From an uncultured Candidatus Saccharibacteria bacterium (lineage in GTDB: Bacteria; Patescibacteriota; Saccharimonadia; Saccharimonadales; 2-12-FULL-41-12), in the NCBI GenBank assembly GCA_964573095.1, contig CAZNIK010000001.1, positions 56,507 through 120,506 on the forward strand: a DNA stretch of 64,000 nt. The letters are read 5' to 3'. A program made the position numbers and the translations under genes. Below, piece after piece: positions 48,656 to 61,541 of the stretch (positions are counted from its first letter, which is position 1; each line of letters opens with the position of its first letter). Under the pieces are notes generated by a model. It saw only the letters and a list, made by a program, of their open reading frames with translations, ran no database searches and was not told the DNA's origin.

Positions 48656-49585
48656 ATGGAATTCAAAGTTAATGGTTTGAAGGTAGAAATTAACCCAGCA
48701 GAACTACATGATGATCAGCTCACTGGTCTTGCCCAAGAAGTGTTTACGACAGCCAACGAACGAGGCTTAGAACTGCCTGTTGTGAGTGGTGCTCTCGCAG
48801 TTGAAGGTGTGATGCGCACTGCTGTGGTCGCAGAAACTCATGAGTCCGCGGAGGTGAAAGAAACCATCGCTGGTCTACTCTCTCCAGCATACAGTGGATT
48901 TCAAGCCACCGTAGCACAAATAAATATGAGCCGTAAGAAAAAAGAACTATTTGGGAAAAAGGAACAACTTACCGTTGTCGATCAAGAAACTGTAGCAGCT
49001 GAATTTGCGGAATGGTTTGATCAAGGCCGGCTTGCCTACGTTGCCAGAGCTATGGAAGCGAACCCAAGATTTACTTGGACTCTCTTGGCTATTCCAAATG
49101 AAACCGTCACCGCGGATGAATATCTAGCAGGCACACGAAGATTTGGGGAGAGCCAACCACTCCCAACAAAAATTTTTTCTAACATAGTTAAGCAATATAC
49201 TGCTCAAGAAATCTCTGGCACTAACCCATCTAACGGGAAAGCCGTTAAATTTAAGCTCGTGCCGAACAAGTATAGTCCCGAAATCTACGGCAATGTTGCT
49301 ACGCAGAAAGCGCAGTTGGCTGAGCATCAAGCAGAAACCCCGTTCTTAGAAGCCACCACCCCCCTAGAAGACTTAACCTGGATAAATACCAAGAGAGCGA
49401 GTGGCGATAAACTAGTTGGTTCCCAAACGACTCACGCTACCTATATGCGTAACATTACCTTAGAACCCAAGCGCATAGATGGGCGGACATGCGTGCCAGA
49501 CCTGTTTGTTAATGACGATGGCACACTGTGTGTTGATGGCTCGAGTGTCCAGCGCAGCAGCGGCGTTCGCCTCTCAATAGGGTAA
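48656..49585 (+). CDS. Hypothetical protein (309 aa)
   Basis: ORF only; no recognised domain; followed by a roughly 300-bp non-coding stretch. Confidence 0.35.
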   Translation: MEFKVNGLKVEINPAELHDDQLTGLAQEVFTTANERGLELPVVSGALAVEGVMRTAVVAETHESAEVKETIAGLLSPAYSGFQATVAQINMSRKKKELFGKKEQLTVVDQETVAAEFAEWFDQGRLAYVARAMEANPRFTWTLLAIPNETVTADEYLAGTRRFGESQPLPTKIFSNIVKQYTAQEISGTNPSNGKAVKFKLVPNKYSPEIYGNVATQKAQLAEHQAETPFLEATTPLEDLTWINTKRASGDKLVGSQTTHATYMRNITLEPKRIDGRTCVPDLFVNDDGTLCVDGSSVQRSSGVRLSIG

Positions 49586-49896
49586 AACCCTTATATATCT
49601 TATAGTTTGTTTGTTTTTTTCTTTTATTCTTTTAATGCAGTGCTTTCAAGGTGCAATAATTCTTGAGTAACAGCGGCGCAGATTTTTGCCTGCCTTAGGC
49701 ACTCGCTGGCTCGCTCAGTTGTCCAGCTGTCTTCGGTAGCCAGCTGCGGCGAGGAACAGGGGTAGCGGCTCTCCATCGCGTTTCGTAAGAGGGCTGCTGT
49801 TCCATATATAGATTTATTAAACTATATTATAAGCAATAAGTCAATTTTTATTCTGTAACGTAGTTCACTTTGGCTTCCAATTCAGATTTTCAATTT

Positions 49897-49988
49897 TGGC
49901 GGAGAGAGAGGGATTCGAACCCTCGGTACGTATTGCTACGCACACACGCTTTCCAAGCGTGCTCCTTCAACCGCTCGGACACCTCTCC
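49897..49988 (-). tRNA. tRNA-Ser (anticodon GGA)
   Basis: 92 nt on the minus strand by manual fold: acceptor GGAGAGG/TCTCTCC, anticodon stem CACGC/GCGTG with loop TTGGAAA (GGA), long variable arm, T-arm GAGGG-TTCGAAT-CCCTC, encoded CCA. Confidence 0.8.
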
Positions 49989-50256
49989 TCGTCGAAACAA
50001 TCTAAAAAGCTCGTTAATTTTGGCTGATATTTCATGTAAGCCAAAACACACTGAGCTTATCGATGCTTCTCCTCTAAAAATTGTAAACAGACTCGCCGTG
50101 GTTTACAATTTTTTATTTTTAATCCAAGAATTATTCGACTACATACTCAACCAAAAATACTACAAAACCATAAACGGATAAAAATTACCACATTATCTTC
50201 TTGCGAGAGGTGTTCAACTCAGCGTAGACTAGTAGGTAGTAGATAAATCAAAAACT

Positions 50257-51147
50257 ATGGCTACAATTCAACTTAAAGACGTATCGAAACTATACGGCTT
50301 CGGCGACGCAACTACCATCGCGCTTGAAGACGTAACCCTTGAAGTTAACAAGGGTGAATTTGTCGCGATCATGGGTCCCAGTGGCTCTGGGAAATCAACC
50401 CTTATGAACATGATTGGTTTGCTGGATCGGCCCACCCACGGTGTGTATAGGCTCGATGGTCGCTCGGTCGAGAAACTCCGTTCCAATGCTCGGGCCAAAG
50501 CCAGACGAGACAAAATTGGCTTTGTGTTCCAGTCCCCTAGTCTCTTGCCTGGACTAAGTGTGCTCGAGAATGTTGCGTTGCCACTGGCCTACCGTGGAAA
50601 GTCGTTGACCAGAAGAAATCGCTTAGCCTTTGAAATGCTGGATAGAGTTGGACTTGCAAACCGCGCCTATTTTTCCCCGCGACAGCTTAGCGGTGGGCAG
50701 TTTCAAAGAGCAGTGATTGCTCGAGCGCTCATTAACGGCCCCCAAGTAATTATTGCTGATGAACCAACTGGAAACCTCGACAGTATTTCTTCGAGACTGG
50801 TCATGGAGCTTTTGCGTGAAATACATCAAATGGGTAACACCATATTGATGGTGACCCACAACCCAGAATTGACTCGATATGCAACCAGGGTCCTTTACAT
50901 GAACGATGGAAATATTATTCGAGATGAAGAAACCCGTCTTGGTGAAGTTTCTAAAGTACCAAAAGAAGAAGAAAAAAAAGAAGTGATGGATTTGGAGGAA
51001 GAAGATCTCGCCAATGTGTCAGCAATAATGAGCGAAATACCAGACGCACAACCACAAGCTCCGCAGCGAAAAAAGCCAATAAAAAAAGCCAGAAACTTGC
51101 CGAAAAGAAAGCGCAATCGTAAAGCGAAAGGCGTAGTTAGGCGATGA
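50257..51147 (+). CDS. ABC transporter ATP-binding protein, MacB/LolD/FtsE-like, with Lys/Glu-rich C-terminal tail
   Basis: Walker A GPSGSGKST, signature LSGGQFQRAVIARAL, Walker B IIADEPTGNLD, H-loop VTHN. Confidence 0.85.
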   Translation: MATIQLKDVSKLYGFGDATTIALEDVTLEVNKGEFVAIMGPSGSGKSTLMNMIGLLDRPTHGVYRLDGRSVEKLRSNARAKARRDKIGFVFQSPSLLPGLSVLENVALPLAYRGKSLTRRNRLAFEMLDRVGLANRAYFSPRQLSGGQFQRAVIARALINGPQVIIADEPTGNLDSISSRLVMELLREIHQMGNTILMVTHNPELTRYATRVLYMNDGNIIRDEETRLGEVSKVPKEEEKKEVMDLEEEDLANVSAIMSEIPDAQPQAPQRKKPIKKARNLPKRKRNRKAKGVVRR

Positions 51148-52373
51148 TGATCTCAGAAAATGTGAAGATGGCCCTTGCGTCTATTCGATCCGCCAGGCTG
51201 AGAAGTTTTTTTACTATGCTTGGGATAATCATTGCGGTAGTGAGCGTGGTAACAATTGTCAGTTTGGGTGAGGGAGTAAAAAAGCGGGTCCTTGGGCAAA
51301 TCAGTCACGCTGGAAACAGTGTAATTACCGTAAAACCTGGCAAGTTAGTGAACCGTAGCGTGAATGGTGAGATTCAGAGCATTAATTTACTCGCCCCGCA
51401 AACAACATCCACCATCACCAATAAAGACATCGAATCCATTACGAATACTGATGGTGTGCAAGCGGTGGCACCAATGAGTTTTGTGAGCGGTGTGGCCAAG
51501 GCGAATGGCTCAACCTTTAATGATGGCGTGGTTATCGCCACCAGCAATCAATATCCCCGCGTTACCTCTCAAAAGGTAGAATTTGGGTCGTTTTTCACAA
51601 GCGATGAGAGTGACAATCGATCGATTGTAGTTGGGGCTGGGGTCGCAGAAAAACTATTTAAGGAGTTTGTGCCGATAGGCAGCACAGTCAAGATCAGAGA
51701 TCAGTCATTCATTGTCAAGGGCGTATTCGAAAGATTACCGAGTGACCCCACTGCGGGGGGCATAAACTATAACAATGCCCTGTTTATTACCCGAGATGCT
51801 GCCAAAACAATTTCCGAAAATCAGCCCGCAGTCTACCAAGTTCTTGTGCAGCCGAGTCCCACTACCAACGCTTCTGAGCTGACTTCTAGGGTGAACGAAC
51901 GACTTATGAGCAACCACGACGGGGCGGTTGATTTTACTGTCTTGAGCCCAGAGGAGACAGTCGCGGTTACAAATAATGTCTTGGACATCATTACAACTGC
52001 AACTGCTGTGATAGCAATAATCTCCCTTCTTGTGGGTGGTGTGAGCATAATGAACGTCATGCTTGTTTCGGTTAGTGAGCGCTCGAGAGAAATTGGGATA
52101 CGAAAAGCGATTGGTGCGACCGATAGACAGATTCGACAACAATTCTTGATTGAATCTGCAGTCTTGTCGATCTGGGGCGCATTGGTAGGAATACTAGTCG
52201 CAGTAACGATCAACATAGCTTTGCTTGTTTCCACGAATTTACAACCCGTAATTACCTGGCAACCAGTAGTGATTGCGGTCGTTGTGTCAATTTCGGTCGG
52301 AATTGTGTTTGGGGTTGTACCAGCAATAAAGGCTTCGAAAAAAGACCCAATTGAGGCACTTCGACCTAACTAG
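51144..52373 (+). CDS. ABC transporter permease, MacB/FtsX family
   Basis: 409 aa; an N-terminal TM, a large extracytoplasmic domain, then a C-terminal 3-TM FtsX-like bundle. Its start overlaps the ATPase stop. Confidence 0.75.
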   Translation: MMISENVKMALASIRSARLRSFFTMLGIIIAVVSVVTIVSLGEGVKKRVLGQISHAGNSVITVKPGKLVNRSVNGEIQSINLLAPQTTSTITNKDIESITNTDGVQAVAPMSFVSGVAKANGSTFNDGVVIATSNQYPRVTSQKVEFGSFFTSDESDNRSIVVGAGVAEKLFKEFVPIGSTVKIRDQSFIVKGVFERLPSDPTAGGINYNNALFITRDAAKTISENQPAVYQVLVQPSPTTNASELTSRVNERLMSNHDGAVDFTVLSPEETVAVTNNVLDIITTATAVIAIISLLVGGVSIMNVMLVSVSERSREIGIRKAIGATDRQIRQQFLIESAVLSIWGALVGILVAVTINIALLVSTNLQPVITWQPVVIAVVVSISVGIVFGVVPAIKASKKDPIEALRPN

Positions 52374-52417
52374 TTGTGTGGCGCTGATGAATCCCCGCGT
52401 GGACTTGATTGAGAAGT

Positions 52418-55276
52418 CTAGTGTATGAGTTGCTTTTTACGAGCAAGCAAAGTGATTGTTAGTGAGGCAACGAGCGCGAGTAGTGTACTCGCAGGGCCGA
52501 CACCTGCAGCCGTGAGTGCAATGCTGAGAGCCACAAAAACGGCAATTGTAAGTAACACGAACGTTCGAGAGAAGCGATATCGTATGAACTCACTCCCAAG
52601 GTAGTAATACGGGAACACCGTGATTACCAGGAAGGTGCTCGACAGTAAGCCGCCAATAAGCACTACCGCAAGTCCTTCCCAGAACGGACTCATTATTGCC
52701 AGAGGTATCAATGATCCAACTGCGGTAAGGCTGGTTGCGATCAGTGGGCGGAATCGCTCGGCAAGGGCCTCGTGTGCGGCATCAACGGCGCCCATGCCCG
52801 CCGCTCTCGATTGATTGGCGTAATCAGTCAGCAGGATGGTATTTTTTATGCTCAAACCGATGAGGGCGAAGAATCCGAGCATTGCGAAGAAGCTAAAGGC
52901 ATTGTCTGTGAGATACAGTCCGAGGGTAATCCCGAAGAGGCTAAACGGTATTGCCAAAAAGATAAGCAGTGGCTGGAATAGGCTTTTGAACTGGAATGAC
53001 AGTAGCAGATATATGACAAATAGCAATGCGGGGAATGCAATTGCCAGTGTTTTGAAGCTGTCCTGGTTTTCTTCTTCTTGGCCAATGCTAAAACTGACCG
53101 CGTCTTTATTTAGACCATAGCTCGCCACTCGGTTTTCGTTGAATTCTTTTTTGATTGCGTTTTGGCCGAGTGTCACAAGCGTGGTGGTGTCGTCGTCAAC
53201 AAATTTTGCTTGGACCTCGACAAATTGTTTCCCGTCGTCTCTGGTGTAGATACTTGGGTTGACTACCGATACCGATTCTATTTTTGCCTGGCTCCCATCA
53301 ACGCGCTCGAGTTTTGCGCTGTTAAGGTAGGTTGCGATGTCCTGCGCGAGTTTTAGGGCGGCGGGTCGGTCTTTCGTGCTATCAATTCGTACTCCAAATG
53401 GTGAAGCGGGTGGACCAGCGCTTAACTGATCAACGCTCACCTTTGCGTCGTTGAAGTTGCGAAAACTATTCTCAAGCTGATTTACGATTTCGGGCGACTT
53501 GATATCTCTTTTGTTGTAGTCAATTAATTCGACTTGCAATAGGGCGCTTTGTATATTGGCTTGACCGAAGTAGGACGCTTTTACAAAATTTGCATTTAGC
53601 TCTTTGCCAACAATTGTGTCGGCTCGATCAGTAATATTCTGCGCCTGCTCGATAGTGGTATTGGGTGGGAAAGTCAGCGTGACACTGATTTGCGTCGAGT
53701 CTTTATCTGGCGGGAAAATATTAAAGGTTACTTTTTGAAACAAAAAACCGCCTGCCATGATAAAACCTAACCCAATAAACACAGCTCCCATTCCGACACC
53801 GACAAGTTTCTTTCTCGAGCCTTTTGCCCAGAGCATTGGTGTTGAGATGATGCGGGCAATTTTTTCCTCGATACCGGCAGAAACTTCACGGACGTTCTCC
53901 CCCATTTGCTTTTTGCCAAGCAGCAAGAATCGTGCAAATAAAGGAATAAATATCAGTGCCACAAACAGGCTTATTACCAGCGCCATAATAATTGTGATGG
54001 GTATGGCTCGAATAAAGCCACCCAAAATTCCGCCTACAAATATTAGTGGCGCAAAACTTAGTGCTGCGGTGGATGTTGCGGCAACCATTGCGCGACTTAT
54101 CTTCCGTGTTGCGATCGACACAGCTTTTCTGCCCGATTTTTGTTTTTTTCTTTCGGAGTCAATAGCCTCGACCATAATAATGGTGTCGTCGACGATTAGT
54201 GCCAGTCCCAAGATCAGCGCGAAGAGCGTAATGGTGTTAAGCGAATAACCGATTAGATACATGATGCCGTTTACGGTTGCGAGCACAGTAATCATGGCGA
54301 TGACTGTGATGATGGAAGCACGGATAGCGATAACGATCGAGCCGACCACCAATACTGCGATTAGGCCCTCGAGCAACGCTTTTTGAAGTTCGTTCACCTG
54401 CATCACAATTCCTGGAGCGTAACTGGCGCTAATCGTTGCTTGGAACCCCTTAAACTCTGGATTGGCGTTTAGTGCATCAACTGCTGCTTGCACTTGCTTG
54501 TCTAGAGCAATATTGTCAGCCCCTTGCTTAGCTTGAATTCCTATGACTGCCGAGTTGTAGAATCGGTTTTTTTCGTCTTGTCTTTGGCCGAATCTATCAA
54601 AACTGTTTTGAGCCGATTCGCTTTGGCCGGTAGCGGGATTTGTAGCTGTTTCAAACTGATCAATAACCGAAATACTCTCGACTAAGTCAAGGTTTTTGCT
54701 GTTTAGGAACTCACTTGCCTTTTTTGCCCTTTCAACAATGGTCGCTGTCGGAACGTTGGGATCTTGAGAGTAGAAGGACACCACCATATCGTCGCCGCGT
54801 TGAGTAAACCCAAACTTAAAGGCTTCAACTTTTGCTGTTGCTTGATCTGGGATGACGTTTGCTGCGTCAAGATTTTTTTGTATCTCTCGGCTCTTGTTTT
54901 CGGCATTCACATCATCCTTATATGACACGATTGCGTTATAGAAGTTGTCAAAGCTTTGAGTTTGTACCGACTTAACGCCGTCTTGTTTCAGTAAGAAATC
55001 ACTTAGTGGTTTTGCAACTTCTTTGTCGACTTTTACAGGGTCGTTTACCAGGTACGTTCCTTGAGTAACAGCAAATGGAGAGTTGACACTGGGAAAGCCC
55101 TCTCGCTGCAGTAGTGTGGTGTAGCTCAACGCACCGAAGACAGTAATAATGAGCCAAATAAGCGCAGTTGTTCTCGGACGGTCAAAAAAGAAAAGACTCA
55201 GTCGCTGGAGTGGTTTTAGCTGTGTGCTACTTTCGGATGCTCTTGCTGAACTACGACGTTTAGGTTTTTTAGCCAC
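52418..55276 (-). CDS. RND-superfamily efflux transporter permease (AcrB/HAE-like)
   Basis: 952 aa; the N-terminus FFFDRPRTTALIWLIITVFGALSY...FPSVNSPFAVTQGTY parallels the AcrB N-terminus (FFIDRPIFAWVIAI...YPTIAPPAVTISASYPG); 12 predicted TMs; the LIVDDTIIMVEAI motif is present. Confidence 0.7.
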   Translation of the reverse strand: MAKKPKRRSSARASESSTQLKPLQRLSLFFFDRPRTTALIWLIITVFGALSYTTLLQREGFPSVNSPFAVTQGTYLVNDPVKVDKEVAKPLSDFLLKQDGVKSVQTQSFDNFYNAIVSYKDDVNAENKSREIQKNLDAANVIPDQATAKVEAFKFGFTQRGDDMVVSFYSQDPNVPTATIVERAKKASEFLNSKNLDLVESISVIDQFETATNPATGQSESAQNSFDRFGQRQDEKNRFYNSAVIGIQAKQGADNIALDKQVQAAVDALNANPEFKGFQATISASYAPGIVMQVNELQKALLEGLIAVLVVGSIVIAIRASIITVIAMITVLATVNGIMYLIGYSLNTITLFALILGLALIVDDTIIMVEAIDSERKKQKSGRKAVSIATRKISRAMVAATSTAALSFAPLIFVGGILGGFIRAIPITIIMALVISLFVALIFIPLFARFLLLGKKQMGENVREVSAGIEEKIARIISTPMLWAKGSRKKLVGVGMGAVFIGLGFIMAGGFLFQKVTFNIFPPDKDSTQISVTLTFPPNTTIEQAQNITDRADTIVGKELNANFVKASYFGQANIQSALLQVELIDYNKRDIKSPEIVNQLENSFRNFNDAKVSVDQLSAGPPASPFGVRIDSTKDRPAALKLAQDIATYLNSAKLERVDGSQAKIESVSVVNPSIYTRDDGKQFVEVQAKFVDDDTTTLVTLGQNAIKKEFNENRVASYGLNKDAVSFSIGQEEENQDSFKTLAIAFPALLFVIYLLLSFQFKSLFQPLLIFLAIPFSLFGITLGLYLTDNAFSFFAMLGFFALIGLSIKNTILLTDYANQSRAAGMGAVDAAHEALAERFRPLIATSLTAVGSLIPLAIMSPFWEGLAVVLIGGLLSSTFLVITVFPYYYLGSEFIRYRFSRTFVLLTIAVFVALSIALTAAGVGPASTLLALVASLTITLLARKKQLIH

Positions 55277-55359
55277 AATACCACTCCCCGATTATCATTC
55301 TTGTTATGAATGATATCAGAGATTACTTCATGTTCTCAACTAATTGGCGTGAAGTTCTG

Positions 55360-56073
55360 CTATCTGTATTCTGGATTTTCGAAGTCAAATCGCGCCCCAG
55401 CATCCCACTCACTTCTCTGGTTGCCAAATGCTGGCAGTCCGCCATTGTCCTTAATAAGTTTTGCGAGATGCAGGAGATTCCACGTCATAAATGTGGTATT
55501 TCGATTGGTAAAATCATTATTTAATCCCCCACCCTTAGGGTCTAAGTAGCTTGGTCCAGGGCCAGCTTCGCCAATCCACCCCGCATCGGCTTGCGGTGGG
55601 ATGGTGTAGCCTAGGTGCTGCAGGCTGTAGAGGACGTTCATTGCGCAGTGCTTAATGCCATCCTCGTTTCCGGTAATGAGGCAGCCTCCCACTCGTCCAT
55701 AGTACGCGTATTGTCCGTGTGCATTTAGTATTGATGAGTTTGCGTATAGCCGCTCGATAACTTTTTTCATTTCACTACTGTTGTCCCCGAGCCAAATCGG
55801 GCCCGCAAGCACTAAAATGTCAGCTGCCATTACTTTGGATTGAATCTTTGGCCAGTCATCTTTTTTAAAGCCATGCCCTGTCATGTCTGGGTATACACCG
55901 GGAGCAATAGTGTGATCCACCGAACGAATGACAGTAGTTTTTACACCATGCTTCTCCATGATTGATTTACTTATACGGATAAGTCCCTCGGTATTGCTGA
56001 CTTGTGGAGAGGGTTTTAAAGTCGCATTGATAAAAACTGCTGACAGGTCACTAAAGTCATATTTTTTGCCCAC
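55360..56073 (-). CDS. NADPH-dependent FMN reductase-family flavoprotein
   Basis: 237 aa; flavodoxin-like fold signatures (INATLKPSP..., DILVLAGPIWLG). Confidence 0.5.
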   Translation of the reverse strand: MGKKYDFSDLSAVFINATLKPSPQVSNTEGLIRISKSIMEKHGVKTTVIRSVDHTIAPGVYPDMTGHGFKKDDWPKIQSKVMAADILVLAGPIWLGDNSSEMKKVIERLYANSSILNAHGQYAYYGRVGGCLITGNEDGIKHCAMNVLYSLQHLGYTIPPQADAGWIGEAGPGPSYLDPKGGGLNNDFTNRNTTFMTWNLLHLAKLIKDNGGLPAFGNQRSEWDAGARFDFENPEYR

Positions 56074-56199
56074 GACTATTCTCCCTTACGCCTTATGCCT
56101 AAAGTTAATTCTCTTCCTTTTCGCGTGCAGAGTCAATTGAGATCACCAAGATGCATGTTTGTGGTAAAAATATAATACCTATGCCATAATATACTTTTT

Positions 56200-57048
56200 A
56201 TGACTTCACCAAATCACGAAACTCTTAGTCAACCAAACACCTTTGGCGGCCCCGAGCCTTACGACATCGACAGAGGTTCTGAGCTCGCTATGCAGTCACT
56301 TGGTAGCCTTGGGCTATTGCCCAGCCTCAGTCTTGTTCGCAAGATTAGAGATGTCGAGGGGCAAATACGCTACAACCTGTGTGAGCTTAGTGTGGCACTT
56401 CAAAAAGATTCTGACGGTTTAGCTGCTCAAGTGATGCCGATGGTAGTTCCGCTAGTTTCACGCAAACTGCCTCTTTTTGGACAGAATGGCTTGGTCAACA
56501 GATTTGACGCGCAAAAAAGTGGCTATCAGTCGTATGCGACTACCGTTAATAGTCAAAAACTGGCGCACCTTTCTGCCGGTGAGCTAAATAGTCAAATGTC
56601 AAGGACGCCAATGTACGCTGCTGCCGCCGATAAAATCAAGGGGGTTGGTTACGAGACAGCTGCTCTTGTCGTTGGCGGAAAAGATGCTGGTCTGGTGCAC
56701 AAAGGAAAGTCACTTAGCGAACAACGAACGCTGGTGAGGCAAGCCCAGAGCGAGCACGCCTTGCGCACGCAGGCCGCAACTGCTCTTGGGGTGTTAAGTC
56801 TGCCGGCTTATATCATGGCCCAAACAATGGCCCGTGAATCGAATGCTCAATTTTTTGACCAAAATTCGACCAAAACCAGCTTTATACAATATCGAGGGAC
56901 TGCAAACTCAAACGGTAATTACCAAGTTCCAGTTGCGCACTTTAACTTTCCAAGCTTACTGCTGTCAGTAAAAGATGAGGGCGCTGATCCAGATGTCGGT
57001 GTTCGTTTGACGCTGTCAAAAATACGGACTAATCCATATTTTGAATAA
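56200..57048 (+). CDS. Hypothetical protein (282 aa)
   Basis: ORF only; no recognised domain. Confidence 0.35.
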   Translation: MTSPNHETLSQPNTFGGPEPYDIDRGSELAMQSLGSLGLLPSLSLVRKIRDVEGQIRYNLCELSVALQKDSDGLAAQVMPMVVPLVSRKLPLFGQNGLVNRFDAQKSGYQSYATTVNSQKLAHLSAGELNSQMSRTPMYAAAADKIKGVGYETAALVVGGKDAGLVHKGKSLSEQRTLVRQAQSEHALRTQAATALGVLSLPAYIMAQTMARESNAQFFDQNSTKTSFIQYRGTANSNGNYQVPVAHFNFPSLLLSVKDEGADPDVGVRLTLSKIRTNPYFE

Positions 57049-57214
57049 ACTTCCAGCCAAAGTATAGACCGGCAATACCTCCTGCGACACCAAGTAGCAA
57101 GGACCAGCCCGATAGCATGTTGCTATCTCCCCAGAGGGTTGGTGCGTAGCTTCCGACAAAGGTTCCGATACTCACAAAAACGATCAATAAGCCCTTCATA
57201 GTATTTAGGATACC

Positions 57215-59855
<2,641 letters not shown>

Positions 59856-59876
59856 CTACGTAATAAGTATAAGCAA

Positions 59877-60782
59877 CTACCGGGCTGCCAGCAATTCCTG
59901 TACGGCATCCCACATTTGCGGATAACCCTTTATTCGTAACCAGAACCACCACTCTAGTCCCCATAAATCAATTGGACTCATGCCGGTTTTTAGCGCGTAG
60001 CGTACATTACTTTTTAATATTTGCGGGTTCATAAACTCCAACTGCTGGTGTATGGGAATGCGTGTAATTTCTTGGTCGAGCCACGGTTCGGCCTGCAGCT
60101 CGTGTATGAACGGTCTAGAGCCGCAAAAAAGGTTGATTAACGACGCACGAAGTTGGTAAAACTGCGGCGGTCTATGCGACTGTACGTTTTTTCCGCGCTG
60201 CGTTGTGTGTCTGTAGAGTGACATGGCATATTGATCTGCCCTTGGTTTCCGGATAGGCAGGCCATAGCTATCCGAGAGCGTCATAATGACTCGATGATCT
60301 GGGTCGAGCCGCTTAACCAATTCAAGTTCTTTCGTGAGTCGTGTGCGGTCAAAATCTTGGTCAACGCAATACCCAAAGCGTTTCAGCAGTGCTTCATTTT
60401 CTAGCTGGTAGCTCTCCAGAGCGGGATGGTTTTTGTAGCGACTAACGGTTGCTTCGAGATATGAACAGAGTGCAGCCCTCCAATCATCCTTTGGCAATGT
60501 TCTCGCCCAATCGGGTAGATGACATTCGGGCCATCTGGGTTGACGCTTTCCGATACAGAGGCTTATCGATCCGCCGTAGCTGCCAATCAGCTCAAATTGC
60601 CAGTCAAGCTCAGAGAAATCATATCGACCTTGCTCTGCTTCGTGTATGTTCCAATAACTCATCAGCCGGAATCGACGAAAGCCGAGCTCTTGAAGGGCGG
60701 CTGTAAGGCTTTCTTGCTTTGGGACACCGAGCTCTTGAGCCCGATGTAGCGAAAAGCTGGTTCCCAAAATGGCGTTTGACAT
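59877..60782 (-). CDS. Putative glycoside hydrolase-like TIM-barrel protein (clan GH-A-like)
   Basis: 301 aa; candidate acid/base LENEA and nucleophile region IHELQAEPW; the assignment is weak. Confidence 0.3.
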   Translation of the reverse strand: MSNAILGTSFSLHRAQELGVPKQESLTAALQELGFRRFRLMSYWNIHEAEQGRYDFSELDWQFELIGSYGGSISLCIGKRQPRWPECHLPDWARTLPKDDWRAALCSYLEATVSRYKNHPALESYQLENEALLKRFGYCVDQDFDRTRLTKELELVKRLDPDHRVIMTLSDSYGLPIRKPRADQYAMSLYRHTTQRGKNVQSHRPPQFYQLRASLINLFCGSRPFIHELQAEPWLDQEITRIPIHQQLEFMNPQILKSNVRYALKTGMSPIDLWGLEWWFWLRIKGYPQMWDAVQELLAAR

Positions 60783-60861
60783 ATCTACAGTGTACAGTTA
60801 AGAATCACTCTCGAATAACTCATAATTTTGGCCAAAACCCACTTTTGGTTATGATAATGAC

Positions 60862-61344
60862 ATGCCATACACAATTTCAGAAGAAAACGATAAGATCTTT
60901 AATTTCCTAAAAGTTCATCCTGTTGCTGCGGTAGCGACCGCCACCACTTCTGGGGTGCCCCATATTGCGTCTGTCTATGTTTCGGTTGATGATTCACTTA
61001 ATCTATATTTTATTACCAAAACAAACACTACCAAGGCAAAAAATATACTTTCTAACGCTAATGTTGCGTTGTCGATAACGGATGCATCGGCCCTCAAGAC
61101 GGTTCAAGTACTTGGTACGGCTCAGAAGATAGAGGACCCCAATCTCACGCACCAGATTCTGACAAAAGTAACAAGTATCGCCCACTCCACGGCGCAGGCC
61201 GATACGCCACCATTAAATAAATTAGCCGCTGGTGACTATATTGCGTTTGTCGTACACCCGAGCAGTATGCGGCTGGCTGAGTTTATTAAGCCACTTGCCT
61301 CTCAAAGCGAAGGGATATTTGACGAGGCTCAGCTGGGAAATTAA
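60862..61344 (+). CDS. Pyridoxamine 5'-phosphate oxidase-like FMN-binding protein
   Basis: 160 aa; split-barrel-like pattern (VAAVATATTSGVPHIASVYVSVDDSLNLYFIT). Confidence 0.45.
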   Translation: MPYTISEENDKIFNFLKVHPVAAVATATTSGVPHIASVYVSVDDSLNLYFITKTNTTKAKNILSNANVALSITDASALKTVQVLGTAQKIEDPNLTHQILTKVTSIAHSTAQADTPPLNKLAAGDYIAFVVHPSSMRLAEFIKPLASQSEGIFDEAQLGN

Positions 61345-61541
61345 TACTTATTTAAGCCAAGAATCTCGAGAATAATTTTCATCAAAAGCAAAAACAGACC
61401 CGAAGGCCTGTTTTCTAAGTTAAGCGTTGTTAGCTTTCACCTCACACCTAACCTACACTTAATAGTACCGCAATTTTTTGAACGTGCAAGCCTCGGACGA
61501 CAGAAATGTGTATAAGTTGTGGATATATTTGTGGAAAAAGC

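Noticed and set aside
49870-50181. 103-aa ORF overlapping tRNA-Ser
   Set aside because: It runs through a well-folded tRNA-Ser gene on the opposite strand and an AT-rich intergenic region, so it is spurious.
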